Assembly: GCA_021432655.1 (NCBI GenBank) | Contig: MU271238.1 | Coordinates: forward strand, 1 to 64,000 | Direction: 5' to 3' | Length of the DNA stretch: 64,000 nt | Source of the DNA: Atractiella rhizophila | Taxonomy: Eukaryota | Shown here: positions 60,770 through 64,000 of the stretch, in pieces | How the letters are laid out: every line of letters starts with the position of its first letter | How positions within the stretch are numbered: the first letter of the stretch is position 1 | Notes under the pieces: model-generated | Seen by the model: the letters and a program-made list of their open reading frames with translations, nothing else | Told to the model about the DNA's origin: nothing | Database searches by the model: none | Made by a program: the position numbers and the translations under genes

Positions 60770-63590
60770 GCTGTGGAACCGCAGGAACTTGTGACCTCAT
60801 TGGTGGAGGACGACAGGTTGTAGGGACGGATGGAGTTTGGTGAGGTTGAAACAGAGACGAGGTTACATTTGCACAGCACACCATCACTGGGACATCTGAA
60901 CGGACAATTTACGATTCACCGCTTCGACTTCGACCAACGTTAGCCACACGGACAATAGTTTCAAGCGACGGCGAGCTACGTCAGATTGATCTCACTTTCA
61001 ATCTAGAAGGCGCCATCGCTCATTTACAGACTCTGGTGCGCTTGCATTAAGCAATGCACGCACTCTTTCCCTGTAGACTAGTGTCGAACGAGATGGATTT
61101 TGCTCCGACATCCTTTGCTTCGTCGACATGTATTTCAATAAATCTCTCGCCTGTTCTGTTGTTAGCCAATCGAGTATTACTCTGCTCTATTAACATCCCA
61201 GCATGTTCGCGCAGTATTATCAATACAAATCCTCTTCTAATTCCATGACAATCACACAGCCGACCCTAGCCAGATCACGAGAGTGAGCAAGAATCCATTG
61301 TTTATCGTCCAAATCACTTATGCTGCCGTTGGACAAACTGAACAACTTCAGTCTGTTTGCATTGCATGGAGAGAGCCTCGCCTTCAGCAGGGAAATCACG
61401 GCGCCTTCGCAGCTTGAGACATTGTCGAAATGGAGCTCCAATAATTTCTCGGAGAGGAGGATGGAAGAGGTGAAAGCTTTTGCAATCATCACAGTCGTTT
61501 CCCCTCTCATAGATCTAGCAATCTTCATGATCTTAAGGGAAGGAAAACGAGGTAGCCCATGACTGACTTGGATCGGTGTATCGATAATACGGAGCTCCTG
61601 AAGAAGTGGAGAAGTGACGGAAATTATGTAAAGCGCTGCAGTTGGTAGTTGCTGACAGTTGTTCAAGACTAGGCATCGTAGATTCGGAAGGTGCCAGCGA
61701 GGAAGGAGATGTATCATTGAAAAGTCAGACCCTTTGGTAAACGTGACGGTGTCAAGATGTTCCATGTTAAAAAATTCTTCAAAGTCCACCTGGGGTGACA
61801 AACCCGTATTGATACCTACACTTCGAAGCGTTCGAATGGAAGCGCAAAACTGGGAAAATTTGAAAAATTAAGAGCAACTGACTGAGCGTTGATGATTTCG
61901 GTGAGACGACCGGAGCTGGTACACGACAAATTGAAGAAGAGGGGGACGGATACTGGAATGATGACAACCCAAACAGGGTGGTCTGACCGCCTCTACGATA
62001 TCACCCTACCGCTACCACTGGCAATGAGATGGAAGCTTCTGGGAGTGACGATGCGCAACAGTTTCCGTGGAGGGGATTTCTTGGATTTTCGACGGTGTTA
62101 CTAGAATGTTGTTCTATCACATTTCAGTGTGCCCGTGGAGCAGTTGAGCACGTCTAGCGCCTTCTACATTACATCAGCTCGCAGTGGCTGCCCAACGTCG
62201 CAGCTAACTATCACGGCGGCACCGTCCTCGAAACCGCTGCTTCCTCGATTGGATGTGACGAATATCGCAGCCCTTTACCACATCCCACATCCGCAAGTTC
62301 GTCGACGACGCCGCTACCCTCTGCCCAGGGTGCACCATCCTTGCGGAAGAGTTGGATTGAGAAGAAGTAGATGACGCTCACCCGCCTATCAAGACTTTAG
62401 CGGGTCTGCAGTGTGGAACCGCAAGAACAGCTTAGGGCCTCATTGGTGGAGGACTACAGGATGTACCGACGGTTAGAGTTTGATGAAGTTGAAATAAGAG
62501 ACGAAGTTACATTTGCAAAGTACACCATCACCGACACATCTCAGCTGACAATTCCGATTCACCGCTTCAACTCCAACCCAACGTTAACCCCGCCGACAAT
62601 ATTTTCAAGCGACGGCGACTTTCAATTTGCAAGGCGCCATCGCTCATTTACAGACTCTGGTGCGCCTGCATTAAGCAATGCACGCACTCTTTCCCTGTAG
62701 ACTAGGGTCGAACGAGATGGATTTTGCTCCTACATCCTTTGCTTCATCGACATGTATTTCAATAAATCTCTCGTCTGTTCTGTCGTTAACCAATCGAGTA
62801 ATACTCTGCTCTGTGTAACATCTCAGCAGGTTCGCGCAGCATTATCAATTCAAATCCTCTTCTAATTCCATGACAATCACACACCCGACCCTAGCCAGAT
62901 CACGAGAGTGAGCAAGAATCCATTGCTTATCGTCCAAATCACTTATGCTGCCATTGGACAAACTCAACAACTTCAGTCTATTTGCATTGCACGGAGAGAG
63001 CCTCGCCTTCAGCAGGGAAATCACGGCGCCGTCGCAGCTTGAGACATTGTCAAAATGGAGCTCCGCTAATTTCTCAGAGAGGAGGATGGAAGAGATGAAA
63101 GCTTTTGCAATCATCACAGTCGTTTCCACTCTCATAGATCTAACGATTCTCATGATTTTGAGGGAGGGAAAACGAGGTAGCCCATGACCGACTTGGATCG
63201 CTGTATCGATGATACGGAGCTCCTGAAGAAGTGGAGAAGTGACGGAAACTATGTAAAGCGCTGCAGTTGGTAATTGCTGACAGCTGTTCAAGACTAGGCA
63301 TCGTAGGTTCGGAAGGTGCCAGCGAGGAAGGAGATGTATCATTGAGAAGTCAGACCCTTTAGTAAACGTGACGGTGTCAAGATGTTCCATGTTAAAAACT
63401 TCTTCAAAGTCCACCTGGGGTGACAAACCCGTATTGATACCTACACTTCGAAGCGTTCGAATGGAAGCGCAAAACTGGGAAAATTTGAAAAATTATTCTT
63501 CAAAGTCCACCTGGGGTGACAAACCCGTATTGATACCTACACTTCGAAGCGTTCGAATGGAAGCGCAAAACTGGGAAAATTTGAAAAATT
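60770..63590. repeat. Duplicated block B (~60770-61869) / B' (~62410-63494) plus 96-bp tandem repeat (63400-63590)
   Basis: ORFs 61220-61801 and 62845-63426 are near-identical; 'ttcttcaaagtccacc...gaaaaatt' occurs at 61775, 63400 and 63496. Confidence 0.92.
61220..61869 (-). CDS. 3' part of LRR/RNI-like protein (second version, 5'-truncated)
   Basis: LPNLRCLVLNNCQQL, LLQELRII, FPSLKIMKI, LLELHFDN; upstream sequence is replaced at 61870. Confidence 0.55.
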
Positions 63591-64000
63591 CGGGCAAGTC
63601 GGTTGCGTCCATCAGGGCACATGTGTGGATATGAGTGAGGCTGGAGAAACGCGGGATATGTTTGTCAACAATGTCCTGAGAAAGGATCAAGTCTGGAGAG
63701 GCAACCGGAATTTGAAACGACAAAGATGGGGTCGTGTTGAAGTGACAGGTTCGAAGGTCGACAATATTAAAAGATGCTTCATTTTTGAGGTGATTCGTGG
63801 ATTGTGCGACGTCTTCAGGTGCAGGCAACATATTGGATACCTTGAGGGATTTGAACTTTTCAGAAATAAAGGGGTCACGGATAATCATCAGTGGGACATC
63901 CAACGACTTTGATCTGACGCTTGCTCCGAACTGAATTGTGTGCAAATGCGGAAATTGGGCAAGGAGGGCATCGAGGGACTCCTGGAAAGAAAAGGTGAAG
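62845..64000 (-). CDS. LRR/RNI-like (F-box-associated type) protein, 5' end outside window; interrupted by 96-bp duplication
   Basis: Frame is open from the window end (..LLAQFPHLHTIQF..FSSLTHIH..IRTLRSV..) to a TAA created at the repeat junction (63493); it continues in frame to 62845 if one repeat unit is removed. Confidence 0.6.

Noticed and set aside
63400..63590. 96-bp direct repeats as CRISPR, LTR or target-site duplication
   Set aside because: No spacers, no TG..CA ends and no transposase; better explained as assembly overlap anchors.
57276..64000. Transposable element cluster
   Set aside because: No RT, integrase, DDE or helicase motifs and no terminal repeats seen.

Overview
Gene-dense eukaryotic DNA from an intron-rich fungus, most likely a basidiomycete (many ~50-60 nt GT..AG introns with CTRAY-type branch points). 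About 25 spliced genes can be reconstructed by eye. Housekeeping genes include HIS6, a TFIIIC tau91/Tfc8-like subunit, UCH-L3/YUH1, ATG101, PAC2, an OSH oxysterol-binding protein and PHO13. Accessory genes include a tandem pair of ACC-synthase-like PLP enzymes with altered substrate residues, a secreted GH71 alpha-1,3-glucanase fused to a CBM20 starch-binding module, a peroxisomal 4CL-like acyl-CoA ligase, a PILS/auxin-efflux-carrier-like transporter and a DUF6533 membrane protein. The most notable biological arrangement is an adjacent, co-oriented pair of a BIM1/X325-like His-brace GPI copper protein and a Ctr copper importer, with a Mac1-type copper-response element (CuRE) in the Ctr promoter. 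Several duplications occur. The 1,976-bp ACS-like tandem looks real (microhomology at the junction). A 143-bp frameshifting duplication in a bZIP gene and the 57-64 kb mosaic with ~95-nt identical anchors look like two haplotypes written in tandem by the assembler. No rRNA, tRNA, CRISPR array or intact transposon was recognised. Gene boundaries were derived by manual splicing and are approximate where stated.
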